Source of the DNA: Antedon mediterranea
Taxonomy: Eukaryota > Animalia > Echinodermata
Direction of reading: 5' to 3'
Assembly (NCBI RefSeq): GCF_964355755.1
Contig: NC_092671.1
Span: forward strand, 10,850,001 to 10,914,000
Length of the DNA stretch: 64,000 nucleotides
Both the position numbers and the translations under genes were made by a program. The notes beneath the pieces were generated by a model, which ran no database searches, was not told the DNA's origin, and was given only the letters and a program-made list of their open reading frames with translations. Within the stretch, counting starts at the first letter, position 1. The number at the start of each line of letters is the position of its first letter. Positions 39,267 to 51,700 of the stretch are shown here, one piece after another.

Positions 39267-41307
39267 ATGGATTCTAAGAGCGTTGCACCTTTTTCATCCA
39301 ACAACATCGTTGCCACTATACTTGATGATCTCATCAGAGTAGTAGTAGTAAACAATAGGCCTACCTGTTGTAGAAGAGATATAAAGAGCAGTAGTAATGG
39401 CAACATGATTCTAGAAGCCATCGAACCTATTGCCATTAGTACGAGTGTGCCAAAGTCAATCACCATCGGTACATCTGCCGACACCACTTATCTACTTCAA
39501 AGAAGATTCAATTTGGCAGACTATTTCTCTACTCTCGGAAAGCCAATTGATGTAAAGAAAATGGATGGAATTGACAGCAAAGGAGATGGAAATACAACAG
39601 GTAGTTGAATAACATAATATAAGAAAGACGTTTAACTATGGCAATATGTGAACAATATCATTTTGAAGTACAAATTGCTATCCTTAATTTCTGTCAACAG
39701 GTTTAAAGAAAATCGTCTGCGATAATGAAATAAATCATCTAAAAACTGAAACTAAGACAGAAAAGACTACCGACAACTTTGATGACAATGCTGAACCACA
39801 AACAAGTAATAATTACATTTTGTTTAAAACGATTAATAATTGATTTGCCTTATAGAATTGTATTGTTACGTACTTTAATCAGTATTAAAAACTATAAAAC
39901 TAAATTTTAATAATCTTAATATGTTTTTCATTATAGGGTTTAAATTACTGAAATCAGCCAGACGTAAAATAAGAAAGATTTTCCAAAAAGATCGTCAAGC
40001 TTGTAAATATTTAGACGACTACAAGAAAATCGACGAAGAAAATCTGAAACCAATCTCCAATCCTCAAGATTCTACGCCGAGTTGTCTGGGCTTTGGTTCT
40101 TTTGGCGTAGTAAACCTCATGACACTTACTGAAGGTGATAAGAAAAAGTTAGTGGCAATTAAGTCTTTCCCTTATGAAGACTCATTCTCAAGAAAAAAGA
40201 AAAGGAAAATGAACAAAAAAATAACCAAAGAACTTCAGGTAATTATTGTTATAATATAGATTTCAATACAATTACTATTGCCTGGTGTGCGATCGAGAAA
40301 AATCAGTGACTAAAAGATACAATAAATATAGTGTTCTTCATTAAACAAATATTGACAATCAATGAAAGAAAAACAATTATTCATATTTAAATGTGCTTGT
40401 ATTTTACAGTTTATGGACAGACTTCGTGAAATTCCAGAGTTCCCAGATGTATATGGTGTCTGTAAGAATCAAAATGGCTACCACATCGTTATGGAATTTA
40501 TTGGGAATAAAAAGAACAAGCAATCTCAGACTCTATCTGATGAGTTTGAAGCTCAATACAACGACGGGTTTCCATACACAAGTAGAAAACGGGACATTAT
40601 GTGGATGAATGTACTTCTGGACATCGTAAAGGGCATTCGAAAAATGCACGAAAAGGACATACTCCATTGCGACATTTCACCTAGAAATGTTCTTTTATAC
40701 AAGAAGGAACAAAGGTACTTTTGTTTTTCTTTAAATTATATACCGCGCAAACCAATCATGTTTTAAACTTTAAATCAAAAAGACTGATATAGGTTGATAT
40801 CGTTTAAAGGCGAGATAAACACTTTCTCACAATATACAGATAGTAAGCCTCCTAGTATTAATTGTACAAATCACTGTTTAGTTAATATTACTCCCGGTTT
40901 TAAAACTTCAATTTATATATTTTTTCAGGGTTGCTGCAAAAGTGATTGATGTTGGTCTTGCCTGCAATGCTAATGCACCACGATGGCTTTCTCTTGGTCG
41001 CCTACGACCAAAATCAACCGCTCAGCAAATCCTGAACGATAATAAATGTGTTGCGCCAGAATTTGCCAATGGAAACTGCTGGAGAAGAGGAGGGTATTTT
41101 TCCAAAGCTTCTGATGTTTGGTCAATTGGACAGATATTTAATGGAATATCTCCACTTTTCACTGCATGCTGTGAAGAAAAACTAGAAACTCTTTTCAGAG
41201 AATGTACTACTGAAAACCCTGCTATCAGAGCAACAGCAGAAGAAATTCAATCGAATTTGGAATCAATCATTCTAAGACTCCAGATGGACTACATTAAGTG
41301 CATGTAA
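39267..41307 (+). CDS. Divergent protein kinase, 5 coding exons, about 474 aa
   Basis: Exons 39267-39600, 39701-39805, 39937-40238, 40410-40714 and 40929-41307 join in frame. Motifs LGFGSFGVV, VAIK, KELQ, HIVMEFIG, LHCDISPRNVLL, VIDVGLA, VAPE and SDVWSIG are present. Confidence 0.88.
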
Positions 41308-41761
41308 TCTGCACGTCTACAGTTACCCGATTATCGTGTTTATCATCCTCCTGATTTCTAATATTTTTTTTAATGGCAATGCCTTCATCATGGAAATTAT
41401 ACTACCACAGAATTATGTACAATAAATGATAATTTGTATTTTTATATCATACAACTTTGTATTTTGTGTTTGTGTTTCGAGAATTAAACAAAACATTCGG
41501 TTTGTACTGCATCACAATAAATTCAGATTTAAACACTTAAATGATTAAAATATAATATCGGAGATTAGTCAAGTCAAGCACCATCGTCCCCTTCATTCCC
41601 CAACTCTCTGTACATGCGCCTGTATATATACTGTAATGTCGTCAGCTTTACATACAATTTATTTACTTCTGAGTGTTTAATCAGGGAAGAGATTTCAATC
41701 TTCCCTGGTTTAATTAATATATTTGTATTCATTTTTATTATATTAAATATTATATTATTAT

Positions 41762-42568
41762 TTATTATAATACACCTGATTTTATTCATGCAATTTGATT
41801 GGTTAATTACCTGTCTTGAAATTTGTCCTATCTAATGGTGATAAATAATTATACAAAATTAACATTAGTCAAGTTAATAGAAGCATCATAATATATTTCT
41901 ACTGCTCTATTTTCAACTCGGCTTGCGCCTCGTTAAAAGTAGAGCAGTCAATTGTTCAACTCGTGAAATATCCTCACCATCCAACTCATAAACATTAATT
42001 ATTTGTATACTTCCTAAAGCCACGATGGGTTTCAAAATGTAGTTTAACATCTTCTCAGTACGATTTGATAACGCATTGTTGCAAGTGATGCTCGTTGCGC
42101 ATGTGTGTCATTTTGATCGCTAATAATATGAATCGAAGATGGAGGTTGATGATGAAACTTCATTTAAGCATTTCCAGTACAATTGCAGTCATTTTGATAC
42201 CTCATGGTATAGATGCATGCAGTAGGAAAATGTTGTATAACAAACTCTACGCCCGTCCCCTACCACCACCCCACATCTGCTCTTCTTGTGGTATCAGTAG
42301 CCTGTTTATTTTCATTTTTTTTAAATATTATATTATCATTTATTATAATACACCTGATTTTATTCATGCAATTTGATTGGTTAATTACGCATCACCTGTC
42401 TTGGAATGTGTCCTATCATATGTTTCGAAATACAAATAATGTGCCGTAATTAGATTTGTTAAAGGATATTTAAACTCGGCTCGCGCCTCGTTATAACCTT
42501 TCATCATTCACCTCATGCCATTATTTCTACCATTATACTCATAAACATTCGAATCATTATTTGTATTA
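41762..42568. mobile_element. Two degenerate copies of a palindromic non-autonomous DNA element
   Basis: TTATAATACACCTGATTTTATTCATGCAATTTGATTGGTT occurs at about 41765 and 42343, each with a central CTCGGCT.GCGCCTCGTT loop. The same family occurs at 60234-60546. Confidence 0.55.
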
Positions 42569-42710
42569 TTACATGTTTTATGTGTTCATGTTCAGAAAGT
42601 TTTAGGGCTTCATCGTCCTGTCACAATAACAAACCTTTTTCCTTACTCAAATTATAATAAGTGCGTTGATGGAATATCCAATTCATCGTAAACAGACATG
42701 ATCAAATTAA

Positions 42711-43225
42711 ATATCACAGACGGAGGATGCCCTCTATCGACTTCAAAATATAGGATAGTCCTCATCGACTGAAGTATAGTACCAACTGTTCTTAAACTTT
42801 ATTCGCACACCATCGAAGTTATCGGCAGCTTAGCAGTATAATCACTAGCGAGGGCCGAGTTTGTGTTCGTATTTGGCAAAAACCTAATTAGTTGTCTGTT
42901 TTCAAATTCAATGTATCTGTAGCATCATTTTAAAGATGATTCGCTACATAGGTATTCTTTTTATTCTACACACAGGTAAGATTGCAATGTTGTACTTTTT
43001 TAATAGTTTTGATCATAGAGATATTTTATCTCTATGTTTTGATCGACTCGCTGTACTTTATATGCATCATCATAACATTAATAACATAAGTAGTAGTAGT
43101 AGTACATTGAAGTTAGTGAAATGTTAGGTATAGGCCACAGTTAGGTGGCTCAAATCAAGTGTAAAAAGTGCATAGATCGTTTTCTTACTTAACCGGGATT
43201 GTGACTGTAGCATGGTAGAAAACAT
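42711..43225 (+). repeat. Diverged duplicate of the block upstream of the kinase (37988-38440)
   Basis: Both blocks share ATATCACAGAC..CCTCTATCGAC.TCAAAATA.AGGATAGTCCTCA.CGACTGAA, ATTCGCACACCA..AAGTTATCGGC, TTATTCTACACA.AGgtaagatt and GTGGCTCAAAT.AAGT. Confidence 0.8.
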
Positions 43226-44618
43226 GCATTTAACCTTAGAAGTTATAGGAATACTATAGGAGGCTATCTATAAAGAAGCATCATTTTAACAGAAAGTGCG
43301 GGTAGGAATTCTTATGTTGAACAAACTAAATTAAAAATGTCAAAGCCTATATAAGCCGATAAGTCCCCAGTAGTAAAGTAAATTGTTGTACAAATTGTTA
43401 TCACAGCAAAGTGTGCGATAAGCACTAAACCCGATCATGTTATCACAATATATAAACAGAAGCAGGGGCGGTACCGTGCCTGGTAGGGTTAAATCGCGCT
43501 AATGATCACATCTTCATATCTGATTAATAATCATTAATCTTTGCTACTTCTTTCAAATTGTATTTGTTTGTTTCACTAAAATAATATCCAAGATTTATCT
43601 CATGCCGTGAAGTATTGAAGTAAAACAAACCGAATAATACGGTAGACTAAATACTTATATAAGCTTAAATTAATTAGGAAACATATGCATTATTTGGAAT
43701 TATTTCCCTTTAAAATGTTTCTATTCTTTTTTAATGTTCTATTTATTATCATTTCTTTTTTTAAGGCTCGCCGAAAACAAGATGTTTTTCTTCATTCTTC
43801 GGGGCATCTGCCTTCAAACTCTAACCTTATATCATTATATTATTGCATTGTATTTTATTATCTTTTATGCCAGAGTCTGTAAATAAATGTTATGAAACTT
43901 GACCACTTGAAACTTGAATAGGGGTGGTGCCCCTTGAAATTAGATGCCTCACTGAACGAGGGTTTACTGGTAACAATCGAAGTTGTGTTAAAATGAATGG
44001 TTATAAATAAGATAGTATTGAAAGTGGCTTACTAGAAATTAAGAGTAATTGATCCAACAAACTGTGAATAAAAAACTAAAAACAAAGGAAATGGTTTTCC
44101 TCACGGTAGACAGAATTTGTTTAATTTGGAATCTAAAGCTCTGTCGACACTATCAAACTAGTGTAATAATCAAAAATTGTGATTTGTCCAAACATGGTAG
44201 TGATATGCCCAAATATGGTAGTGATATGACATCATCATTTCCATGTATGTATGTATGTATGTATGTATGTATGTATGTATTTTTTGTCACATAAATTTTA
44301 TAGTGTAGAGACAGAGCTTAGAGGGAAAAGAAATAATGTAAGAATCAAAGGTATTCTATCATTTAGTTTCACTTCTTTAGAGTTATGCTTATCTAATTTA
44401 TTTCAAAATGTATTTGCCAAGAAAATGAAATGTGAAACTTTACTTAAAATTACTTATATCCTCTGAATAATGTACCCCGCTATAACAATAACAATAAGAA
44501 CAATTACATATTTTAGTAGTATGAATTAGGGTTTGAATTCGATTAATTTTTTCAAAAAAACTTTAAATAAATACTACTAATTATCTCCTCGAAATGATCA
44601 ATAATAACAAATACAATA

Positions 44619-45022
44619 GAAATATTATATTAGTCTAGGAAAATCGAAATATTATATTAGTCTAGAAAAATCGAAATAAATATTATATTAGTCTAGGAAA
44701 ATCGAAATATTATATTAGTCTAGGAAAATCGAAATATTATATTAGTCTAGAAAAATCGAAATAAATATTATATTAGTCTAGGAAAATCGAAATATTATAT
44801 TAGTCTAGGAAAATCGAAATATTATATTAGTCTAGAAAAATCGAAATATTATATTAGTCTAGGAAAATCGAAATATTATATTAGTCTAGGAAAATCGAAA
44901 TATATTAGTCTAGGAAAATCGAAATATTATATTAGTCTACGAAAATCGAAATATTATATTAGTCTAGGAAAATCGAAATATTATATTAGTCGAGGAAAAT
45001 CGAAATATTATATTAGTCTAGA
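44619..45022. repeat. About 28-bp tandem repeat, about 14 copies
   Basis: The unit AAATATTATATTAGTCTAGGAAAATCGA repeats with minor variants. Confidence 0.95.
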
Positions 45023-45783
45023 AGGCTTTTTAAACATAACCAGAAACTATTGAATCAGTTGTTATCACTACATAATTATTGATTGAACTTTCAACAATCT
45101 GGAATGAATGGTACCGGGTTTAGTTGATACCAACTCACCGCTAGGAAGATAACAGTATAAATGATTAACATAGATCTTTAGGTCACAAGAATTTGAGTGG
45201 ACCAAAGATATTAAAATATATGTATATTTGTTTACGCTGATTATATAAGGTACAGACTGTTACCTTTTAAAACATATGTATGTATAGTTGTGCCGTCTAA
45301 GAAATAAATAAACAATATATAACCAGGGAAGAGTGAATTCTTCCCTGATATAACAATACTCTATAAAATAAACTAAAATTAAAAAACTAAAAATTATGTT
45401 CAAACTGTCTCTGGGGAAGGACTTCGAACAATAATGTAATTAACAACTTTCTATCATACATCTGCAACACGTCGACTGGTTGTCCCTTTGTGGTACTGAA
45501 ACTGGGATAAGGCATTATAACAAAAGATTTGTTAGATATTTTTTTTTTCTTTTTCCCCCTTATATTTATTTTAGGCAAGTCAAGATAGTTTATGAGCACT
45601 GTAATTTTCATTTATATTAGACAATAAATGAATCTGTATCTGTATCTGAACAATGGCATGGTCATTTCGGCTCACTTTCAACGAAGATGTAATAATACAT
45701 AAATGGTTTTTATAATTCCTATCATAGAATTTTAAATGAAAAACATTGACTTTGAAAATATTTCTTGATTTTTTTTTTTTTAG

Positions 45784-48700
45784 TAAACAGTCAAAGGTGT
45801 CCAAGCGGATGGCTAAGCTATGGGGATTCATGTTATTTTGTAAGGACAGATGCAAAGAATTGGTACGAATCACGATTAGCATGTGAATCCGATCAAGGAG
45901 ATCTAGCCGTAATTAAGACAGCTGATGTAAATGTAAGTTCACACTGAGATTCTTAGATAATCACGATTAGCATGTGCATTTGAGTAAGGAGATCTAGCCA
46001 TAATTAAGACAGCTGATGTAGGCCTAAATGTTAGTTCACACTGAGATTCTTAGATAATCACGATTAACATGTGAATTCGACAAAGGAGATCTAGCCGTGA
46101 TTAACACAGCTGACGTAAATGTAAGTTCACACTGAGATTCTTTGAAAATAACGATTAGCATGAGAGCAATAAAGGGAACTAACCAATAAGACAGCTATAC
46201 TTCGATTATTGGATTATTAGATAATTCAGATGTGCAAGACCCACACTAAAATATAAAGAGTCACTTCCACAGAACCAACAAAGGCGCGCGAATTACAATT
46301 GTTAGGTAAGATACCATTCGTAATATCCTAAACGAACTAAAAAACAGATTATGGAGGGGCTATTCATGAATGCCCAATATTAATCATTGTAAGGTTTAAA
46401 TAAATAGTCGGTGTTTTTATCATTTTTACTACCTTAAATTGACATAGGCCTAGTCTTTTAACCTTGTTTGTTTTCTTTCTCTATCAAGACATTTTTAAAT
46501 GGTTTGATCAAGGATACTGGTACGTCCCACTGGATAGGGCTACATGATACAAGTACTGAAGGAAACTTTGAATGGGTTGATGGTACAGCTCTAGATCCCA
46601 ATAACGCGTAAGTAAAATAGGCTTACTAACACATCTCGTATTATCACACAACGACAATATAATTGGCATATTGAAATATTAGAGAGTGTTGTTTTGTGTG
46701 TGTAACCGTAATTTTGAAAGATTAGTATAGTAGCATAGCATATTTAAATAAACCCTATTCAAAAATGGTTCCTATTCATATGATAACCAATGCGCATATG
46801 TACGTAACTTTTTACCGCCAAATCAGACAATGGAATTCTGGGGAACCAAATGACTACGGAAGCAATGAAGATTGCTCAGAAATCCGCACTGACGGCAGAT
46901 GGAATGATCTGGCGTGTACAAATAATCGACGAATGATATGTGAAAGAGCCGCGGGTAAGGGCATCTGCTGAAAGACTGGCGAAAACTAAATCAAAACATT
47001 TCTAACCATTTAAACCATCGCTTAACACCGGTTATGATGTTTATTGAATGTTTTCCACCGTGTAATCATTTACTTGTCATCTTGTCGATTGTATTTTTTT
47101 TAATGTCATGTAAGCTTGAAAATATACTGACGTAGCTAACGTCTAAAATCAATTAACTATTAACGCGAAAGACAAATAAATAAATTTATAAATCAATTAT
47201 ATAGCACCGATATCCATAATGGCGATTTTGAAGATGTTGACAATCAAAGATACACAATTGAACATTATAAGGAGAGTTGTTCTACTTACGAAATAATATT
47301 AAATTACAGAATTAATATGAATAAACTAAACACTTTGACTTAGGTTATGGGCACCTGGAAGACCGGATTCCTTAAATGGAAACGAGGATTGCACAGTGAT
47401 GTTCACTAACGGACTATGGAATGACCAATTTTGTACTTACTCCAAGAGGTTTTTATGTGAAAGGCCCAGTGGTAACAACCGTTCCCTCTTCACATAATGC
47501 ACACATAATAACACGTGCACTTAACATGAATTGAAATTGTATAACGACATTCGCTCCTCCTTTGACAAAATTGTCACCACATAATTGTTTATTCATTCAC
47601 AATTTGGTAACTGCACACTAGGAAACCATGGCAACAAAACCAAACAAAGTGGGAACCGCTTGCTTCTGATAAAATAACATTAGGCCTACTACTATACTAT
47701 TATATAAAAAAACATAAATATGTACATGAGAAATCATAATAAATACCAATTTTAAATTTAAAATTAGTATTATTATCAACTGTGTAATTGATAATCGGAA
47801 AACAAACAGGAAGTAAATTGTATTAATCAATCAATCAATAAATCGAGTTTAGGTCCTTCATTCCTCGGTTCATGTATTTACCTCATACATTTTACCATTC
47901 GCCTTTTAGTACATTTTGTATTGTATTTTGCTTGTTATGCCTCCAAGTCAATATTCCATGTTGCTCATTTGCTTACAGTATTTCCAATGTAATATCGGCA
48001 TCATTATAACGTTTGAGTTAAAGTTAACGTTTAACATTCGGTCAAATTCATACCATGTTCGCCTAGTTTAATGTTTATTCTTATATAGATTCAATTAACA
48101 TCAACCGCCTAAGTAAGCAATATAAAATACACATCAAATAAACATGCAGTGAATTAACCATCTAATGAATCGATTCATATTTAGATATTCCTATAAATTG
48201 TGATGAGAGTGAACGATGGTTTGATGGCGCTGGACAATGCTACAAATTCATGGACCGTGATGCATCATGGGACGATTCTGTCAATTACTGTACATCGGTT
48301 GACGCTGAAATATTAAGTATTAAGTCGCAAGATGAGCAAAATATAGCAACATACATTGTGGGAGTAAAAAGTGCTACTGTTTGGATCGGATTGTCTGATA
48401 AAGTAAGTAGCCTACTGCTGGTAAGATATTGAGGTAACTCCTAGGAAACATGAGATGAAGTTATAGGCCAACACAAATCAAACTTGCTGCAGTTTACCAA
48501 ACATTTTGTACTCGAATGCTGGAGTAAATATAGGATATAAGTATGTACTTGATCGATTCTAACTTGACCGGTCCAGATCATTATAGTTCACACTTTGTTT
48601 TGTTAGAATGGTGGGTCATCAGGTATGTACCAATGGAGCAACGGTGATCCATACTCTTTAACAAACGACTACAACAACTGGGCTCCAAGCCAACCAGACA

Positions 48701-51700
48701 ACAAGTAAGCTTCTGTTACGTTAAAGTTAAATTCTTGATCGTATTGGTAATATAGTCAGCATATTTTTTTAACTTCAGTATCTGACTTAACGAATTCGAT
48801 AATTCTGACCGAAATCGCCACAAAATAAACGCAATCGGAGTATAATGAAAAATGTATCAATTTATTGTTGCATGACTTTATAATTATAATCATTGTTGTG
48901 TGTGATGCCTATAGGTTCTACACACAAGGAGGAAATTGTATTGAAATACTAAACAGTGCCAACAACGGACAATGGAATACAGCTCCTTGTACTAATCTTG
49001 CGAAATCTATTTGTCGGAAAGCAGAAGGTAACACATTAGTAAATTAGAATATAAACTATTTTTAATATATGAAACCCTCTATACATACATTAAACACTAA
49101 ATCAGAACTTACAATCTGAAACCCATCCAGCTAGCTAGTTATGTTAGAAGTATGTGTGTTTTTCCTAGGTACCTGCGCACCAGGATGGAGGTTGCATAAA
49201 GGATATTGTTATCAGTTTAATGATAACAACGCACAAACGTGGACTGATGCAAAACACTACTGCGAAGCTCAAGGTGCTTATCTAACATCAATCCTAAGGT
49301 AAATATGACAAATATGATATTTTATGTACTATTTAAAAATAAAATTTAATACACAAAATTAGAGTACAGAATAGGATCCAATCTGTCTGTCAGAGATTAT
49401 GAATATTGACATTTTTGTTTTGTAAAATCATACAATTAGTTATCAACAAATGTAAATTTAACTATTTCAAAAATGTCCAACATTAATCGCACTTTTATGT
49501 GGAACGTAAACCACAATGAATTCTTTGCTGACCTTTAATGTTTTTGTTTTTTTGTTATTTTAGCAACACAGAAAGTGATTTCATCCAAAAACAGTTTGAA
49601 GACTTGGCAACAGTTGGAATAACCGATTACTGGATTGGAATTTCAGGTAAAACCTTGTGCTTTGTTATGGGACGTTGAGATCTGGTATATTAAATTCACA
49701 ATGTGCATTGAAATGGACTGTCCAATAAAAGTCTATTCTTGTTTCAGTTTTTAAACACACGTTGAAACTGTCTTTATAATACTGATTATGTTTCTTTCAG
49801 ATTATGCAAGCGACGGTATCTTTGCATGGACAGAAGGTACATCAACCGCAGGTTACAACAACTGGAATCCAAACATGCCAAAGAATATGCCAAACCAACC
49901 AGACTGTGGAAAAGTTTTTGTCGGTAAGTAATAATGTATACTATATATTTTGGAAATGAACTTTAACGAAAACTGAGAAACTGTTGAAGCTAGCAGTGCA
50001 TATGTGCGCTGAGGCTATTAAATCTCCCACTCAATTAGCTGTGTAGTGACGCTCTAAATGCCAGCTCAGACAGAATCGTACGACGAGGCCCGAAAAAAAA
50101 ACGTCTTAACTCGTCGATACTGTCTGAGTTGAATCCCGACAAGACGAGTCGTCTTGAGATAGTTTTTAGGTCGTCGAGAGAACGCTACCCGAGTTGGCTA
50201 AGGCTATACCACTTCCTAAGCAGAACAAAATTAACATAACATAAAACGGAAGTAGATTAAGATGAACATTGTTTATAATATTATTAAAAGAATCCGCTGT
50301 ATCAAAGTGATATAATAATAAGTTTGTCTTGAGCGAAGAAAGATTTTGAAAATTCTTTGTTTTATTAACTTTAGAGGATTCTACAGGAAAATGGGATTCT
50401 GACAACTGCTTTCTTTTACTTGCTTCTGTTTGCAAAGCAAAAGTCGGTAAGTACTGTATAATTTAACATTTAGTTTCCAAGTTACACTCATATAAACTTA
50501 TACAAGACAACAACTGATTATGTAATTTTTCAATCAAGTTATTAGTAAATTTTCTTTTACAGGAACAAATATCAAAACAGTCTCTCCTATTGTTGGTGAG
50601 TACAATTAATGTATATACTGTATGTTTAGTCTTACTAAGACTAATCTCTATGTTGCTATGTAAACGTACAATATACATCTACCAAGATGATGCTAGGCCT
50701 AACATGATGTGAACATACATTTTGTTTCCAGGCGTCGGTTCCTGTCCTCCTGGCTGGATTCTAAATGGTGACGGTTGTTACAAGGTTACCAGTGACACTG
50801 ACTTAACATTTGACGCTGCATCTCAGGCTTGTCAGTCTATCCAAGGAGAACTTGCAAGCATCCACGATGCAGATACACAATCTTTTCTATCACGTGAGTA
50901 TGTTCGGCCTCTGTACATCTGCTGGAACCGCCCACATTAATGATAAATCTCTATCTCTATAGTAAAGGGCACATCTAAAATGTGACTATATTCACCATTG
51001 ATGACTGTGGAGTATTGTGATGATTCTTCCACTAGAAGGTGAAGCGGATGTACATGACTGTAGGGTGTTCAACAAATCCTTTCGTTTTAGACACGAAATA
51101 TACTTTACAATGAATCCTTTACAACCTTTAGATCCAATCCGTCCTTGTACTACCTGATTAAGTTATTCAAGATTCAATGGAGTTTGCTTCTGTTCCTTCC
51201 TACTATTGCTCTACCTGATACAGTACCATTTTTGTTTCACTTTAGTTCAAACGCAAATTGCAAGGAAATACTTATGGGTTGGTCTACATGACACCACCAA
51301 TGAAGGAAAATTCGAATGGCTTGATGGAACACCTGTAAGTTTAACTTATACATCTTTTGTTTAGGTGTAAAATAATATCCAGTATGCCTAATAGGTCCAA
51401 CCAGGAATTCGTCTACTAGTTAAATAAAAACGTAACTCTAAACAAACCAATGTCTTTTTTGCAGTATGACTTCTTTAACTGGGCACCAGGTGAACCCAAT
51501 GATTATGGTTCTGGAGAAGACTGTGTACATCTTGCTCCTTGGGAGAACTCTATGGGAGAGTGGAACGATCTGGCCTGTACAGGAACAGCAGGATATATAT
51601 GTCAAATTGCCAAAAGTGAGAAGGAATTTATCTATATAATCCTTGGATCATTGCGTAGTTCGCTGCTGACCCCACGTACAGAACTGTACTAGATTATGCC

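Noticed and set aside
45180-45255. Candidate signal-peptide exon of the lectin (KDIKIYVYLFTLII then AG|GTACAG)
   Set aside because: It has no in-frame ATG and a TAA immediately before the donor. The true first exon is unresolved.
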